Assembly (NCBI RefSeq): GCF_002571385.2
Contig: NW_019217993.1
Coordinates: 131,341-195,340, forward strand
From: Stylophora pistillata
Lineage: Eukaryota
Length of the DNA stretch: 64,000 bases
Reading direction: 5' to 3'
Position 1 is the stretch's first letter. Each line of letters starts with the position of its first letter. Both the position numbers and the translations under genes were made by a program. The notes beneath the pieces are model-generated. The model saw only the letters and a program-made list of their open reading frames with translations. It was not told the DNA's origin and ran no database searches. Shown in pieces: positions 63,785 through 64,000 of the stretch.

Positions 63785-64000
63785 GTTTAACGGGATATTA
63801 AATAATTCTTACTTGAAGGACATTTTGTTAAAAAATTCTACTCTGCCGCTCTTAACCAAGTGACCATGACAAAATTTCTCCTAAAAGCATCAATACAATA
63901 TTAAGCAGACAGGAGATGAAAATAAAGGAAAATATCAATTAGGGATAATTATGTGAGTCGATCCAATACCAAACCCTCCAAACTAACATCTAAAGATTTG

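Overview
AT-rich eukaryotic (animal) DNA with GT-AG introns. The short interspersed repeat families resemble those I associate with stony-coral (scleractinian) genomes; that assignment is inference. The main content is a co-oriented minus-strand array of five coiled-coil genes. Gene 1 is the 3' part of a multi-exon ninein/ninein-like gene (50150-62833, 5' end outside the window), recognised from its NINL-type C-terminal motif. Downstream lie four shorter relatives with no visible EF-hand region: a single-exon 535-aa ORF, a five-exon ~1312-aa gene whose last two exons align with the last two exons of gene 1, and single-exon 299-aa and 409-aa ORFs. All five carry an 11-residue F-x-x-E-K-x-x-L/M rod repeat. 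Between the last two relatives lies a ~17-kb interval with no long host ORF that looks like two convergent, spliced, CpG-depleted transcription units. Mobile DNA includes a decayed Penelope-like element, a 5'-truncated CR1/L2-type LINE, many MITE/foldback elements and hammerhead-ribozyme-like palindromes. An old tandem duplication occupies the first 11 kb. All alignments were made by eye; no searches were run.
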